Positions 23,245-37,642 of a stretch of DNA of 64,000 nt are shown here, one piece after another. The stretch spans positions 115,444,001 to 115,508,000 of the forward strand of contig NC_043001.1 in the NCBI RefSeq assembly GCF_006345805.1, read 5' to 3'. Each line of letters begins with the position of its first letter. Positions within the stretch are counted from its first letter, which is position 1. This DNA is from Octopus sinensis. Taxonomy: Eukaryota. The notes below the pieces were generated by a model. It did no database searches. It was given only the letters and a program-made list of their open reading frames with translations, and had not been told where the DNA came from. The position numbers and the translations under genes are program-made.

Positions 23245-24879
23245 GTAAGTTTTAAAATTTTTTGTGTATATACATGCGTGCGTGTCTCTGTGTGTGTGTC
23301 TGTGTGTGTGAGTGTGTGTGTGTCTGGGTGTCTGTGTGAATTTGTGTATTTGCGAGTCTTTGTGTGAGTGTGAGAGAGAGACAGGCAGACAGACAAGCTT
23401 TGCTTGTCATGTATCAATTCTCACCTATCAACCCCATCCTCCATTACCATTCCGTGATCCAGTCTCCCCCTATGACCCGAGTGATATTATGTAACAAACA
23501 ATATTCCATCTCCTTTCACTCTGAAACATGTCGTCTCACCACGGTCGAGAGGTGACCCATCTCGGTTGTTGGCCATATAAACACAGCCATCACAATGTGA
23601 CGGAGAAGTGGTCTATTTAATAGAGGAGATATTATTTTCAAATAACAATGATGCAGGATAGAAGAGATGTCTGAGCTTTATAGTGCTGGTGCCATGGTAA
23701 ATACATCCAGTCCATTCTATGAAGAATTCTGAGTGAAACTGCTCTCTATCCTACTTCTTGTACACGACATGAATCCACTGACTTCTTGTGGACATGTCAT
23801 AAGAATGTTCAATGTTAGGACACTAGAGAATGAATACAATAAAGCATGGTCCTTAGTGAGATTTCCTGTATTTAAGTTCTGTACTTAGGCACACACACAC
23901 TCATGTACACATACACACACACACTCACACACACACTCACACAGACAAACACACACAAGTAATGATTTTGAGTTTGAGTATATATCTTGTAAAATGCTGT
24001 TTAAAGCCCGTTCACTGTATTCAGCTATCTGATGTCAGCAACAGTATGGACTTCAATACTACTGGACTTTTTGCTGTCATCTCATAAATAAAGCAATTTT
24101 TTTATAATTCTTATATTTTTCAAAATTAAGATAAACAAAGTACTTTTTTCTGTTAATCTAAAATCTGTTAATCATTTTCTACAATGCTCTTCCATCTTTC
24201 TGGTAGACTTGCAAGTTGCCTCTTCCAAAATTCACTTGACCGTGATTAAAAATACTCTTCCATTACTCTTCTGACTTGTCACTAATACCTGCTTCCTTTA
24301 CTTTACCGTCATCATTCAAAGATGCTTCTTGCTTAATTATGGAAACATTATTGATATGTTTGGTTATGTTTGTGTGGTATTGACTTTGTTATGTTATAGG
24401 TGTTTTTGTTTCTGATATAACTTATGTTCTTTCTTCTCATGTTGTGTTATATTATATATACAATACTCTTTCTTATGGCCACATGGTCGCCTTTATCAAG
24501 CCAATATATAGATAGGTTCTTGATGGTTTGTTCTTCCTATATTTGATTTTTCTATTGAATATATTGTGATATTTGTGATTGACAAGTAAATATTTACTCA
24601 TTAATTATCAATAAGCTTGATGTTAATCAATATGGTTTGTCCTGCTCAATATAATGACAATATATTTAGAGGGTGTCTCAGTGTTGAAAATAAAGTAAAA
24701 ACATGAAAATGGGAAATGGACTCAATTAAAGATTATGTAGGAACTCAATACTTTGTAATTGCTTTAATTGGTGGATAAACAACCTATGAGTAAATTTAGA
24801 TGAACTTTTGTGTAATTAGGGGCATTTGTTTTGAATATTTGTGTAATATTGTCATCATTTTATATTTCATTATTTGTAG

Positions 24880-25055
24880 TGCTGCACCGCCCTTAATCTG
24901 AAAATGGAGAAAAGGCTCTCTGGCATGGTGGTAGCTAGATATCTCGCCAGCCAGGGAGCTGACTTTCACCATAAAAACAACAACAATAACACACCATTGG
25001 ACCTCATTAAGGACCCAAATTTGAGAAAAAAATTAGAAACATTTTCACCACCACA
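24880..25055 (+). CDS. Last ankyrin exon
   Basis: TAG acceptor, GTAAGT donor, phase 0 to 2; CCTALNLKMEKRLSGMVVARYLASQGADFHHKNNNNNTPLDLIKDPNLRKKLETFSPP. Confidence 0.88.
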
Positions 25056-26549
25056 GTAAGTATTTCCTGGCAATGGAACAGATAAACCAGTACATTTTCT
25101 ATTTTGTATATAATCATGTTTATATGTTTATTTCGTTTTAATTCTACATCATCATCATCATCATCATCATTTAGCATCCGTTTTCCATGCTAGCATGGGT
25201 TGGACGGTTTAACTGGGGTCTGTGAAGCTGGAAGGCTTCATCAGGCCCAGTTAGATTTGGCAGTGTTTCTTCGGCTGGATGCCCTTCCTAACGCCAACCA
25301 CTCCGCGAGTGTAGTGGGTGTTTTTTACGTGCCACCTGCACAGGTGCCAGACAGAGCTGGCACAACGGCCACTGTCGCTAGTGTTTTTGTCAAAGGCCGC
25401 ACAAAAAACAATATGCAGTTGTTAGGAGATCAAAGAAAGAACATGATTTTGATTACATTCACATGATTCGTAGTGTTGCCAGTTATACTTCACAGTCCAC
25501 CCCAACCTACCCCTCTTCGTTCCCTATTTTAAAGATTTGTGATCAATAGGAAAATATAGATCTAAATAATGAAGTGAATGAATTCCATTTTGAAACTGTT
25601 ACTTAGGATTAAGTGGAATTTATCTGTCTACCAACATCTTTTTCTCACTCTTCTAAGTCCGAATCAGTCAATATTACGAATGATTTCATAGAAAAATAAC
25701 CTACAAACACTCACCAATAGTGTATATATTATATTTCTGCAAATACTGATGGAACATCGCCACATATCTTCATAGAAAAAAAAACTGCCAGGAAACGTAT
25801 ATTATTCAAGTAACACATATACCATTACTAGGTGTTTTAGTCGCCTTTCACTCCCGTATTTTATAAGATTTGGCAATTTCTTTGCCATACATCTCTCTGT
25901 ATTAGCTACTTAAGAAGCAGACACATTTCCCCCTCAGTGAATATACAAAACTTTCTTTGTCTGTTGAAATTCAAATATTACTCTTTTACTTGTTTCAGTC
26001 ATTTGACTGCGGCCATGCTGGAGCACTGCCTTAAGTCGAAAAATTCGACCCCAGATCTTATTCTCTGTAAGCCTAGTATTTATTTGCCGAAACGCTAGAT
26101 TACGTGAATGTAAACACAACAACATAGGTTGTGAAGCGATGGTGGAGGGACAAACACAGACAGACAAATATACACACAAACACACACACACATATATATA
26201 TATATATATGTGATGGGCTTCTTTCAGTTTCCCTCTACCAAATCCACTCAAAAAGCATTAGTCAGTCCGAAGCTATAATAGAAGTCACTTGCCCAAAGTG
26301 CCACGCAGTGGGACTGAACCCAGAACCATGTGGTTGGTAAGCAAGCTACTTACCACACATCTACTCCTGCGCCTATTGTTCATAGATATTGATTTTTGGA
26401 CTGTATAAATATTGATCTGTTTTCTTCAATTGACAAGCCTCAGAAGATTTTCTCTACTTTTACAAATGATCATTTATGTGAATGTTTTAATAATAATATA
26501 ATGTCTACAGAGCGCAGCTGAAGTTACTGGAAAGGGGCAAAATAGGGGA

Positions 26550-29130
26550 CAGAAAACTGCAATTAGTCAAAGAAAGGCAGCAATGGAAGCTAGAAGTAGA
26601 TGCACGATACATATAATAAAACAACCCGAAAGGAGGGAAACAGTTAAAGAGTTATATCAAAGAAAGAAGACATTGGTACACCAGGAAGAGTGTTAGGGAA
26701 TTTCAGGAAATATGGAAGTTTTGAAGAATGCAGTGTCCTGATAGCTAACAAGAGATATCAGTTTATTTCATGCTTCATGTTTTGAAGGAACATATTTGGA
26801 GCGAACAATTTGTCAAAAACTGGTCGATCAATGATTCCTTTAAATACAGCAATGAAATTGCGTCAGGTGTAGCAGATTCAGTGGGTTTTTCAATGTAGTT
26901 TTATATGTATAAGAAGTAACAGGATACCAAGAATAGTTCCATGCAGATCTTCAGAGGTGATTGTATAGGGTGTAGAATGTTATCTTAGTTCTGTAACAAC
27001 TTCCTCTCACCTGAGAATGAAGGAACTGACACAGTTATAAAATTAGAACTCATGCCCATTGCAGACAGCTTCACCGTATTTCTTTTGTGTGGTATAGAAT
27101 TAAAAGTTTGAAGTAGGGATAGATAACATCTGCCCATGAGACCCTATTTTTGATTTAGATGATGTCTTCAAGAGGTTCCATGTGTGGCCCAAAGTAACTA
27201 AATTTAGAGGTAAATACAAATTATGAGAGATGAATCAAGTTTTGAGAGTTTCAAATGTTCCAGGAATTTCTTTCTGACTAAGGACTGACTGGATGGTAAT
27301 TAGCCATTGATGGTGAGACTGACTGGATGGTAATTAGCATTTGATGAATGGTCACCCCTTTTAAACAGGGGGATTAAAGTAGCAACGTTCTTCTGATTCA
27401 GAGTAACAGTTAGTAAAGCTGAATTGGAATAGGCTAAAAAACCTGGTGTAGTAGACAGAGGATGCCAATTTGGGATAAATAATACCATCAAAACATAATT
27501 GAACAAATGCTTTAAGAGTTGTTGCAGGAGTAAATTCAAAAGATGTGATGGAATTTAGTCTCCATAGCAGTGAAGATCATACATTTAGATTTTCAATGGT
27601 AAAAATACCAGCATTGCATTAAACAGTTGGCTCTTTACAATCTGACTTGAGGATTGACTTTGAAGAGATTGAAGTCTCCGGTTTTCTATATAAGAACTTC
27701 CGGAATCTATCCAGGTTTTTCTCTCTGTGTTGGTCCGAATCAAGTGCAGCCATTTTAATCACCTTTTTCGTGTGGTTGGATGCTCTGTTGTATATTTTAA
27801 AACTCTCTCTTCTATGTAATCTGTATTCCCATTCAACAGTTTGTTGATCTTTCCTCACAAAGTGGACTGCTGCTACGGTCTGTCATATTCCGCTTTTGAG
27901 CACTTGAACATATTTATGTGGCACTCCGATGCTTTGCATATGACTCACATCGGATTAAACATTTGCTGTGAGATCTCTTCAGAATCGTAAACGTGGGGTC
28001 AGTCAGAAGACTGCAACTCAGTACAACAGGTGTTCTGGTCAGCATTGTTCCAGTAAAAGCAAGCAGTTTGGAAGATGATGGTAGTTTTTTCTTTCTTTCC
28101 ATTAAAAGTATATTGACAAGGTTAGAGAATGATTAGAGCGAGTTAAATGTATCTTGGTAGGGTGGCTGATAATTTCAGAAGCAATGGTCTATAGCAGATC
28201 CAAAGTTTTGTTATCTCTTGTGGGAGAGATGACTACATGGGACTAGTTTGAATCCAACACAAAACGAAAGAAGTTGTTTTTAGGGGACAGTGAAAGTCAT
28301 CCCAGTCAATCCTTCAGTAATTGAAGCCACATTTCTCTTAATGTATTTTCCTCTAATGATAGCCTTTGACCCCTCTATCCCTTCCCTTGTTCTCTTTAGA
28401 TTCTTATATCTGCTTTAGCTCCGTCGGATTGGCAATTAGTAGCTGTATAATGGTCAAAAATAATGTTCTCCTTTATAATTCTTAGATTCCTGCAAATTCT
28501 AAGCCAGACTGTCTGTCTCCACAGAAAGAGACTTTTCTGTGTAGGTGGGTACCTGCGACCCCTTCCCTCTCAGTTATCCCAGTATGCTCTATGTGGGCGG
28601 TTTTTCTTTTTTTTCTTCTTCTTCTTTTTTTTTCTTTTCTTTGCTCCACAAAATTCCTTCAGCCTTTATAATTCTAACATAGCAGTTTTGTGAAATGAAC
28701 AGAGGTGTGACAAGTATCTTATCATATAGCAGGAAATTATACCCACCTCATTGTGGATTAATCATGGATAGATTCATCGTCTGTGAGTATGAAATATCTC
28801 CTCATATCTCTGGAAATTTGCACTTACATTATGGATTGATTCACCTTCTCTGTGAAGCTAATAAGCTTTTTAAAACCTGTTATAAGACTGTGCATCATCA
28901 TTAGAGAACTTTGGAAGTCCGCTTACAACCTAAATTTGCTTTTTATAGAACTATCTCCGATACTTCATGAGTGTAGCCTCACCCACTAGGATGCTTGGAG
29001 AACTCATATGTGTTTTAGCTGATGAGTACGGGACACTTGTATTTGCTGCAATATTTGCAGCTTTTAATAAAGCTTGTCTTTGTATGAAACAATTTTACTA
29101 AAAAACTAATCCATTCTTGTTGCTTTTTTC
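26550..29130 (-). mobile_element. Highly degenerate CR1-like LINE
   Basis: Residual motifs PTRDNKTLDL (APE end), IPLFKRGDHSSNANYHPVSLT and TFNSIPHKR (RT). Confidence 0.7.
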
Positions 29131-29320
29131 TCGTTTATAATCACCCCACATTATTGTATGGTTAATACCATATAGTTTTCTGGTGCATCTAAGTTAAGTA
29201 CCGCATTCAAGTGAATTCATTAGAACTGACTTGAATCTTAATTGCTTTTACTGTATATATCTATATATATATATATATACATACATACATTCATACATAT
29301 ATACATACATACATATATAT

Positions 29321-29556
29321 CACCTTGACCGACCAGTCCGTCGGGCATCCATTTGACACCGCTGGTCAGAGCACGCTGTCCACTCCTCTCTGGATCGCAC
29401 CTTCCTCATCCACGTGATCCCAATTGCCCTCCTGAAATCGTAACTCCACCGACGTGGAGGCCTTCGGGTGGTCGTTTCCACTCGCGCGGGCACCACTTGA
29501 CGACTGCACGGGTCCACCAATTATCGGTGAGCCGGGTGACGTGCCCAGCCCATTTA
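29321..29556 (-). mobile_element. RTE LINE 3' fragment
   Basis: KWAGHVTRLTDNWWTRAV and RPPRRWSYDFRRAIG motifs, flanked by microsatellites. Confidence 0.75.
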
Positions 29557-29559
29557 AAC

Positions 29560-29594
<35 letters not shown>

Positions 29595-29752
29595 TGTATG
29601 TGTGTATGTATGTATTGTATGTATGTATGTATGTAGTATGTATGTATGTATATAAGTGAATTATATTTCTGGAATATATGTTGTTTACTTTGCGTAAATC
29701 AGTTTTTGTGATGTATCAATGTCATGACATATACTTATTAATATTTGTGTCC

Positions 29753-29798
<46 letters not shown>

Positions 29799-29971
29799 CT
29801 GTGTGTGTGTGCGGGTGTCTGTGTGTGCATTTATATACATACAAATTCGCCCATATATAATTGTTTAATTGTGGTGTCTCATAAGATTCTCTACTGTAAA
29901 TACGCACACAATGTAATATTTGTTATAAATGACTGTTATTAATGGGATGTGTTCATGTTTTTGTTCCTCAG

Positions 29972-30114
29972 ATGTGTGTTTTGTGAAGACGTAGTGGCCA
30001 CAGAGACGTTCTTTCCATGTAAACATCTTTCGCTGTGTAAGAAATGCTGTCTCCCAAAGATACCTAAACAATGCCTCAAGTGTGGACGGAATATAACGAG
30101 CAAAAATAGTTTGG
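29972..30114 (+). CDS. RING-finger exon (C3HC4, IAP/Mind bomb type)
   Basis: CAG acceptor, GTAAGA donor, phase 2 to 1; C-x2-C-x11-C-x-H-x3-C-x2-C-x8-C-x2-C (CVFC...PCKH...CKKC...CLKC). Confidence 0.9.
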
Positions 30115-30908
30115 GTAAGAATACTCTATGATCTGTCTATTTGTCTCATGGGCTTTATGGTGTGGAATATTATATTTCATGTTGTTGTGTAGATCCAGTT
30201 CTGCCTTAATCAAGCACACTTTTGATAAAAGATGTTCCAGGTGTCTTTTCTCTGTCATATTATGTCTCTCACTACTCTCACTAAATATTGTTCTTGACCA
30301 ATTAGAAGACTTGTCACACTTCAAGATGACTACTTTCTGCAACATAAAAATAATGAAGAATAGTGAATTATAAATGGTGACTAAATATCAATAAATCACC
30401 AAGGTTCTGTCAGTAAATATTGACATTTTGTGTGTAATTAGAGTGATTGATGATTTATCAATATCTTCGGAAACTGATAATTAAAAACAACTGCATTTAT
30501 ATGAATATCAGAGTGAGCCTTTATAAAATAGGAGACTCAATAAGAAAATCTCAACTGAGGGTTTAGGGACCAACATTAGAGAGGGGACATCAAAAGGGTG
30601 GGAAACTTTGATTGATGTATAGATTAGTATTCCCGAGTATCAGTTCTTCTGAACTGTTTCAAATATTTTCACAGCAATAATGTGTGGATGACAAGTTTTA
30701 TGTCGTTAATGAGGTTCTGTGTGAATGTAGTGTGTTAATTTAGGACACGAGATATCACTTCCTGTTAGACCTGATGTCACTTTCTGTTCGACCTGCTTTA
30801 TTCAGGAGGATGAATGACATTGAAATATCTTCAGATATTTCCCCACATCTGATTACATTCTGGAGAACTGTGATGTGGGCAATTAAAATTAAAGATTACT
30901 AGTAGTAA

Positions 30909-30944
<36 letters not shown>

Positions 30945-31368
30945 TTGAAGTGGTGCGTCGTGTTTGAGGCTGGGACTTCGATGCTCAACTTGGTTGACAC
31001 TGGATTTAAGCAGAAGATGAGACGAATGTTGATTAGAGATGTCTTGTCATAGATCTGGCACAAACATAAGAAAACCCAAACGAAGCTAAGAGACAATCGG
31101 TTATTAGGGGATAATTAAATGAGATAATTTCAGAATTGTTAGAATTGTTGGATGACTTAAGAGACAGAGAAGGGTTGTTAAGTGAAGTCTATTCTGTTGT
31201 GGACTTAAATAGTGAACCATTACTTGGCCCCACTGTAGAAAGCATACAAATGTTCTCCAAAAGCATGTTGTCATCAGTGATGACACGAATGTCTCACAAT
31301 AATAAAATATCGATTATTAGAAAGGATAAAGAAATTTTACTAAAACCACTTTGAAATGTATTTTTCAG

Positions 31369-31419
31369 TTGGTCCAAATTCGTCAAAGATGGAAGTCCAG
31401 ATGGTGGCAGGACCAGTTG
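31369..31419 (+). CDS. 51-nt linker exon
   Basis: TTTTTCAG acceptor, GTGAGT donor, phase 1 at both ends; VGPNSSKMEVQMVAGPV. Confidence 0.7.
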
Positions 31420-32113
31420 GTGAGTATGAAATAACTGTACCTAATTATGTTATCCCATAAGAGGCATAGGGTTGGTTTCCCAGTTTCTCTAGCGTATACA
31501 TTCCTCCCTGAACAGGACACTAGTTCGCTGTAAAATTACTTATTTTTGCCAGCTGAGTGGGCAGAAGTGTTTTGCTCAAGAAGGCAACGTATTGCCTGGT
31601 GAAGGAATCAAAACCCCAATCTTACAATCATGAGTCAAATACCCTAACCATTAAGCCCTTCGCTTCCACTTGCTATGACCAATTCATTTCCATAAAACAC
31701 AAGCGGTGGAAAAATTTATAGAAATCAATGTACCTAACTGATTCCTATAAATTTTCCACTCCCTGAGCTGTTTTGTTTGTCAGAAGGACTGAGAACAGGG
31801 CCCATCTCTAATTTCCATTTGAAATGTTAGCTGCAAAAGGAGTCGATGAAATATATCGCTGAAATTTCATAAAATCTTTGTTGCCATGGATGGAAAAATG
31901 GATAAATTAGAAAACGCAATAGAGTTAATATTGTCTTTTGGAACCAAGAACTAAGATATGTTGTTGTGTAGGGGTAAACAGGTGAACAGAAACTAGAAAA
32001 ATGTTGACCAAAATCATAATGGTTACCAATTGACCATTGCTGATAGGAATGTCTCTCAATAATGTAAAAAATTGCGTTTTTTGAAAGTTTAACTGTAAAG
32101 TAATTCTATTAAA

Positions 32114-32520
32114 GAGTGTCTGTGTGATAAGTAGCTTGCTTACCAACCACATGGTTCCGGGTTCATTCCCACTGCGTGGCACCTTGGACAAGTGTCTTCT
32201 ACTATAGCCTCGGGCCGACCAAAGCCTTCAGAGTGGATTTGGTAGACGGAAACAGAAAGAAGCCCATCGTATATATGTATATATAGATATATATATGTAT
32301 GTGTGTATATATGTTTGTGTGTCTGTGTTTGTCACTCCAACATCGCTTGACAACCGATGCTGGTATGTTTATGTCCCCATAACTTAGCGGTTCGGCAAAA
32401 GAGACCGATAGAGTAAGTACTAGGCTTTCAACGAATAAGTCCTGGGGTCGATTTGCTTGACTAAAGGCGGTGCTCCAGCATGGCAACGATCAAATGACTG
32501 AAACAAGTAAAAGAGTAAAA
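32114..32520 (+). mobile_element. SINE family A, near full length
   Basis: Complete head, core, microsatellite and tail. Confidence 0.88.
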
Positions 32521-34399
32521 TAGTAAAGATATTACTGAAGTTTCATAAAATCAAGGTTAACATGATTGGTAAAATGGATTTATTAGAAGACACAACAGAG
32601 TTGATATTGTCTTTTGGAACAGGGGAGGAAAGTATGTTGTTGATGGTGTGTAAACAGGTGAGTTGATGAGAAAGTTTTTATTTCTTTCTCTCCCAAGTCC
32701 TGGGCACTGTTTCCCGATAGGTTATTGTTGTTGTTGTTGCCTAGTGAGATATTTGTCGCAACATGTTGCTTCTCGCTGGGGTATCTACCAAGAACATCTC
32801 TGATCTGAATACATATTGGGGTCATAAAACAACAAAAAATATATTATAAACTCGGTATAAGAATATTGATTTTAAAGTTTTGACACAAGGCCAGAGAGCT
32901 CGATGTAGGGGGTATTTCAATTTAATCACCCCCAGTGCTCAACTGCTGCTTATTTTATCCGCCCTTAAAGGATGAAAGCAAAGTCAACCAAGGCAGGAAA
33001 TGCCTCTAATCATTTGGGACAATGTGCTAACAATTCTGCCAGTTCACCGCTTTAATATGTATAAGAAAACTGATTTGAGACGTTAGCTTAATGCCGGCCA
33101 GTTTGGGGCAGTGGGTAAGGTGATTACGTCCACACCAGTACTCAGTGCTTTTATCTCTGAAATGTAACCTTATTTTGTCATAGCATCATCTTCTGCCCTC
33201 ATCTAAGATTTTACATTGTGCTACCCTCTATGGATTTCTATTGTTTTCTTGGGTATAGGACCATATCCCTACAATTTGGGATTATTGACATCCAACGTCC
33301 AGTAATGTTCAGATGTTATTGTTCTGCTTTCATTCCGTATCAAACAGTATGTTGTGAAACATATTTCTTTATATATGCGACACTAATTAAATTTATTTCA
33401 TAAAGCATGATAATGACCTTTTTTAATTAGTTAATCTTAATTAGCATAAGGGACAAATGGCATAGTAGTGTTGATGGTGTGGGATGTCAGTAGAGTTACA
33501 TGTTCCTTGTAATGTTCTTCTTATATTGGCATCTGAAAGACAGTCTCTGTCATTTAATGGTGTAACTTTTGTGTTCTCAAATTTACTTGTGACTGGGTTT
33601 TCAAATCATAGACGTCCACCACATTGATAGAGGAAACATCAAATGAGTGGGTAAATTTTGACTGCTGTATAAAATAGGGTCAACAGAGATACCCTATTTT
33701 CTTGAAAACCTGTTCAGGTATATCATTTCAGTTATTTTCACTGTAATAATATATGGATGAACAGTTTCTTATAAGTTGTTAATGAGGTGATGTCTTTTAG
33801 AACACCTGATATCACTTTCCGTTCTACCTGTGTAAAACTATTCATTGCTCACCATTTAAAAAAAAAACTTTTTCGGGAGTTTTCAAATATTTCACTTGAC
33901 ATCCTGTTAAACTGTGATGCAGATAGTTAAAATTAATGATTACCAGCAGCAACGTTTAACAAAGAGAGGAGTTTATGTTTATCCTACTTGAAGTTGTCTG
34001 TCGTGTCTGTGGTTAGATCTTTGATGACCAACTTCCCTGACTTTACAATTAAGCAGAAGATAAGACGAATGTTGGTTAGTGAAATCTAGAAGTGAGACAA
34101 CAATGATATGTCATAGATTGGACACAGATAGAAGAAAAGAAAGACAGAACTAAGGGGAAACAGTTTTATCAAGTGATAATTAAATGAAATAACAGTAACA
34201 TTGTTAGATTATGTATGATGTCTTAATAGATAGTGGAGATTTAGAACGGTCAGTCAATTTCGTTGTGGACGTAGATACTGAGTTATTACATGGGTTCACT
34301 GTAGAGAGTATAAAAATCTTGACCAAACCCACAGTGTCACCTGTTGTGACAGAATGTGGCAGAATTACTATGAAACAAATAAAAGAGTAAAGAATAAAA

Positions 34400-35060
34400 G
34401 AGAGAAGACAGGAATCCCTGAATGTGTGGAACTTGCATTTTGAATCTGGGATGCGATACAAGATACAAAGAAGAACAAAAGCGATTTGAATGTTGTATGG
34501 CTTGATCAGGTTAATGCTTATCGTTCTGTACTACATGAATTGTTGATGAAAACAACGGACGTCTTTTATATACGAGAAAAGATTAAGAATCTAATGAAGA
34601 GTTGCTGTAATAATTTCAAAATGCGCTTCAGGACAGAATATTTCACAACAGACTCGCATCGTCTTGAGACTGGAATTGCCGTGGGTTGCACAATATCAGT
34701 CATTTTGTTTGTACTTGTTATGGAAATGTTTATTAGATCAGCAGATTGATCAGAAGAAATAACTTGAGTGAAGTCCCCTAAGACGACATTATGGATGACA
34801 TAACAACACAACAACAGAGCAAAAGGATATGAAAATAGTTCTGAATAGACTGTATTAATTAATTAGTTGGTCAAGAATAGGGTTGAAGGCAAATAAATGT
34901 TGCCGTCATTTGCCAAAGCTCAGCAGAAATAAGTGAAATTCAAAGTAGCAGAAGAAAGCATGTCAAAGGTTAAAGAGAAACTGTTTATGGTGATGGTACA
35001 CTACCTCATTGTCCCACAAGAGTAGAGGCATCGAGATAATAGCACAAAAAGAAGACATCT
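34400..35060 (+). mobile_element. Degenerate HERO-like RLE LINE RT fragment
   Basis: NVVWLDQVNAYRSV and GIAVGCTISVILFVLVME, homologous to 38380-38682. Confidence 0.75.
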
Positions 35061-35651
35061 TATAAGCAATAGATAAGCCAAAACTTTTGGGGAATAAAGG
35101 ATTTTAAAGAACTTCTTTATTAAGGAGTCTTAAAATATTTCCTGAATCAGATGATGTTCTTGTGAACTGGGATGTGCGGAGTTACGATTCAAGATTACCA
35201 ACATCAACTCTTAACAAAGATGTCAGGTGTATGTTTATCCTACGTGAATTTGTCTGCCGTGTATTTGTGGTTAGGTCTTTGGAAACCACCTTGTTTGACA
35301 TTAGAATTAAGTAGAAGATGAGAAAAATGTTGGTGAGTGAAGTCATGTCACAGGTTTGGTACAGATATAAGATGGGAAATAGAGAACTGTGAGAAAACTA
35401 GTCTTATCAAATGATAATTAAATGTGATAAATGCAACGGTGTTAGATTATGTCGGATGTCTTGATAGAGAGACGTAGTTTAAGAAGTTTAATCTATTTTG
35501 TTGTGGACCAAAATATTGAGCTATTACATAGATTAAAAAGGTTGACCAAAATCATAGTGGTCACCAGTTGACCATTGATGATAAGCATGCCTCAAGAATA
35601 AAGATTAAGAAATTTAGTATAAATTATAAATTTTGGAAATATTTATTTCAG

Positions 35652-35723
35652 GGAGTCCAGAGCTGAAGGAGAAGGATCTTCTGAGAGTGGCTAAGACGTT
35701 AGGAAGAGATTGGTGGCAAGTAG
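35652..35723 (+). CDS. 72-nt exon: start of a death-domain-like fold
   Basis: CAG acceptor, GTGAGT donor, phase 1 at both ends; GSPELKEKDLLRVAKTLGRDWWQV. Confidence 0.85.
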
Positions 35724-36362
35724 GTGAGTATAAAATTACACTACCTAATTGATTTCTATAAATTTTACATTCACCTGAGCTATTTCATTTGTCAGGATGA
35801 AAGAGAACAGGTTATATTCCTAATTTCCAGTGGAATGGTTAGCTGCAAAATAAATTCTATTAATGATATTACTGGTATTTCATAAAGTATCCACTGAGGT
35901 TGGTAATTATGGATACACAAGTAAATACAAGTAGCATTTAATATTGGAAGAAAGAAGAAAAATATATTAGGGGTAAACAGCTGAGTTAATGACAACATTT
36001 TTGGTTCGTCTTTACTCCATCAAAAGACCATGAGTTAGGGTCTTCTTGAAGCCATTAGGGATTGGGTTATTGTGTTTGAAAGTGATAATTGCAATTATTA
36101 CACACATGTGAGTGAGAACACTTTGAGATATTTTTGGTATCTAACATGTGTCAGATACTGCGAGCGCTGCTTCTGATTGGTCAATCCATGGTGATGACCC
36201 GAGGTTACGGTGACAGCGCTGCTTCTGATTGGTCAATTCATGGTGATGACCCGAGGTCACGGTGACGGCACTACTTTTGTCATTCATAAGTTACAACTAA
36301 ACGTGAAGAATTTAGTTATTGGGTTAATAAAATATGGTCGTTTATTCGTGTGTAATAAATAA

Positions 36363-36506
36363 AATATCAAACTCATTCCCTGTGGATACCGTATTTATTA
36401 CAACGAGTGGCTTGTACACGTATCTAACTCGCTTTCGCTCGTTAGATACATTTACAAGCCACTCGTTGTAATAAATACGGTATCCATAGGGAACTCGTTT
36501 GGTATT
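36363..36506. repeat. ~144-bp near-perfect palindrome, probably a palindromic non-autonomous DNA element
   Basis: ccctgtggataccgtatttattacaacgagtggcttgta pairs with tacaagccactcgttgtaataaatacggtatccataggg (1 mismatch); adjacent 50-bp tandem duplication at ~36163-36270. Confidence 0.9.
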
Positions 36507-36559
36507 CTCTCTTTTATATTGCCATATTGAAATGACTTTACCACATGACATATGTTGGT

Positions 36560-37240
36560 AAATGCTTCAGTAAAAACAGACTTAGTATAGGGGTGACACA
36601 GTCAAATCATATCATATTCCCCACATCCAAAAAGAGAGAATGACTTTAAGGAAATTTGCCAGAAAATGAATATTCACAAGTGAAGCCAGACCATGGCTGG
36701 TCTCTCTCTCACTGAGACATAAGAATAACTGAATGGGTTCAGGAGAATTGATTGAATCTGGAGTAGATTAAAAAAGGATTGAATTTGTCTTAGAATAATC
36801 GACTGTTGGTCTATCATTATTCATTTGATTTTCAGTGTCATTTTGGGAACTTTGCAAGGTGATTGATTTCACAGAGAGACATTACTTTCATGACCCTTTG
36901 AATATCAGATCTGAAATCTGCCAGATTAAGACAGATATATGGGATTCTTCTAAAGGGTCTTTGGAGTAATGTTACTCAATAGGATTTATAGTTCAGAGAT
37001 TTGGGAGTCTCTCCAGGTTGAGCCACTTCTTCACATCTCTAGTACCTAGGACATGTGATCAGAATGTCGCAGGATTGAATTACAAGACAGGTTCTTCCAG
37101 CCAAACAAATGGAGTAGGAGACCCAGGGGTAGACCAAGCACTAAATAGTTAGATGATATCCAGAGACTTAGTTGTTGATGCTTGGGAATCCAACCAAAAT
37201 ATGTAATGATGGTTAGAACTGATAGGTCCCTATGGAAGAA
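36560..37240 (+). mobile_element. Degenerate RTE LINE 3' fragment
   Basis: ESLQVEPLL...YLGHVIRM...RRPRGRPST motifs with stops. Confidence 0.6.
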
Positions 37241-37642
37241 ATGCCAGGGGACTCTATCCCCACAACTCTCCCAGAAATATTGAGCAGAGGAAATGAATGG
37301 ATCAAATGGTTTGCCTGTTGGTACCCTATGTTGATTCTTTAGGTTCTCATACACTTTTGCCTTCACAAACGCATCTGCCATCGGTTTACCTTAAAAGATT
37401 CTCAAGTGTAAATTTCAATTGTATTTTTGAAATCACTTTTAATTTAACCACTTTGTTATTTTTCTCATCATCCCTAGAAATAGAAAACAATGTCTTATAT
37501 TTTTCTTGTTTCTTAGCTATTTTTTTATATTTCTCTCTTGAAATAGTTTCTTTGTTATGTTTATAACAACACACATCTTTTATATTATTGTTAATATTGT
37601 CAATGTTGTTGCATTTATTTCTTATTGTTGTGTCTTTTGCAG

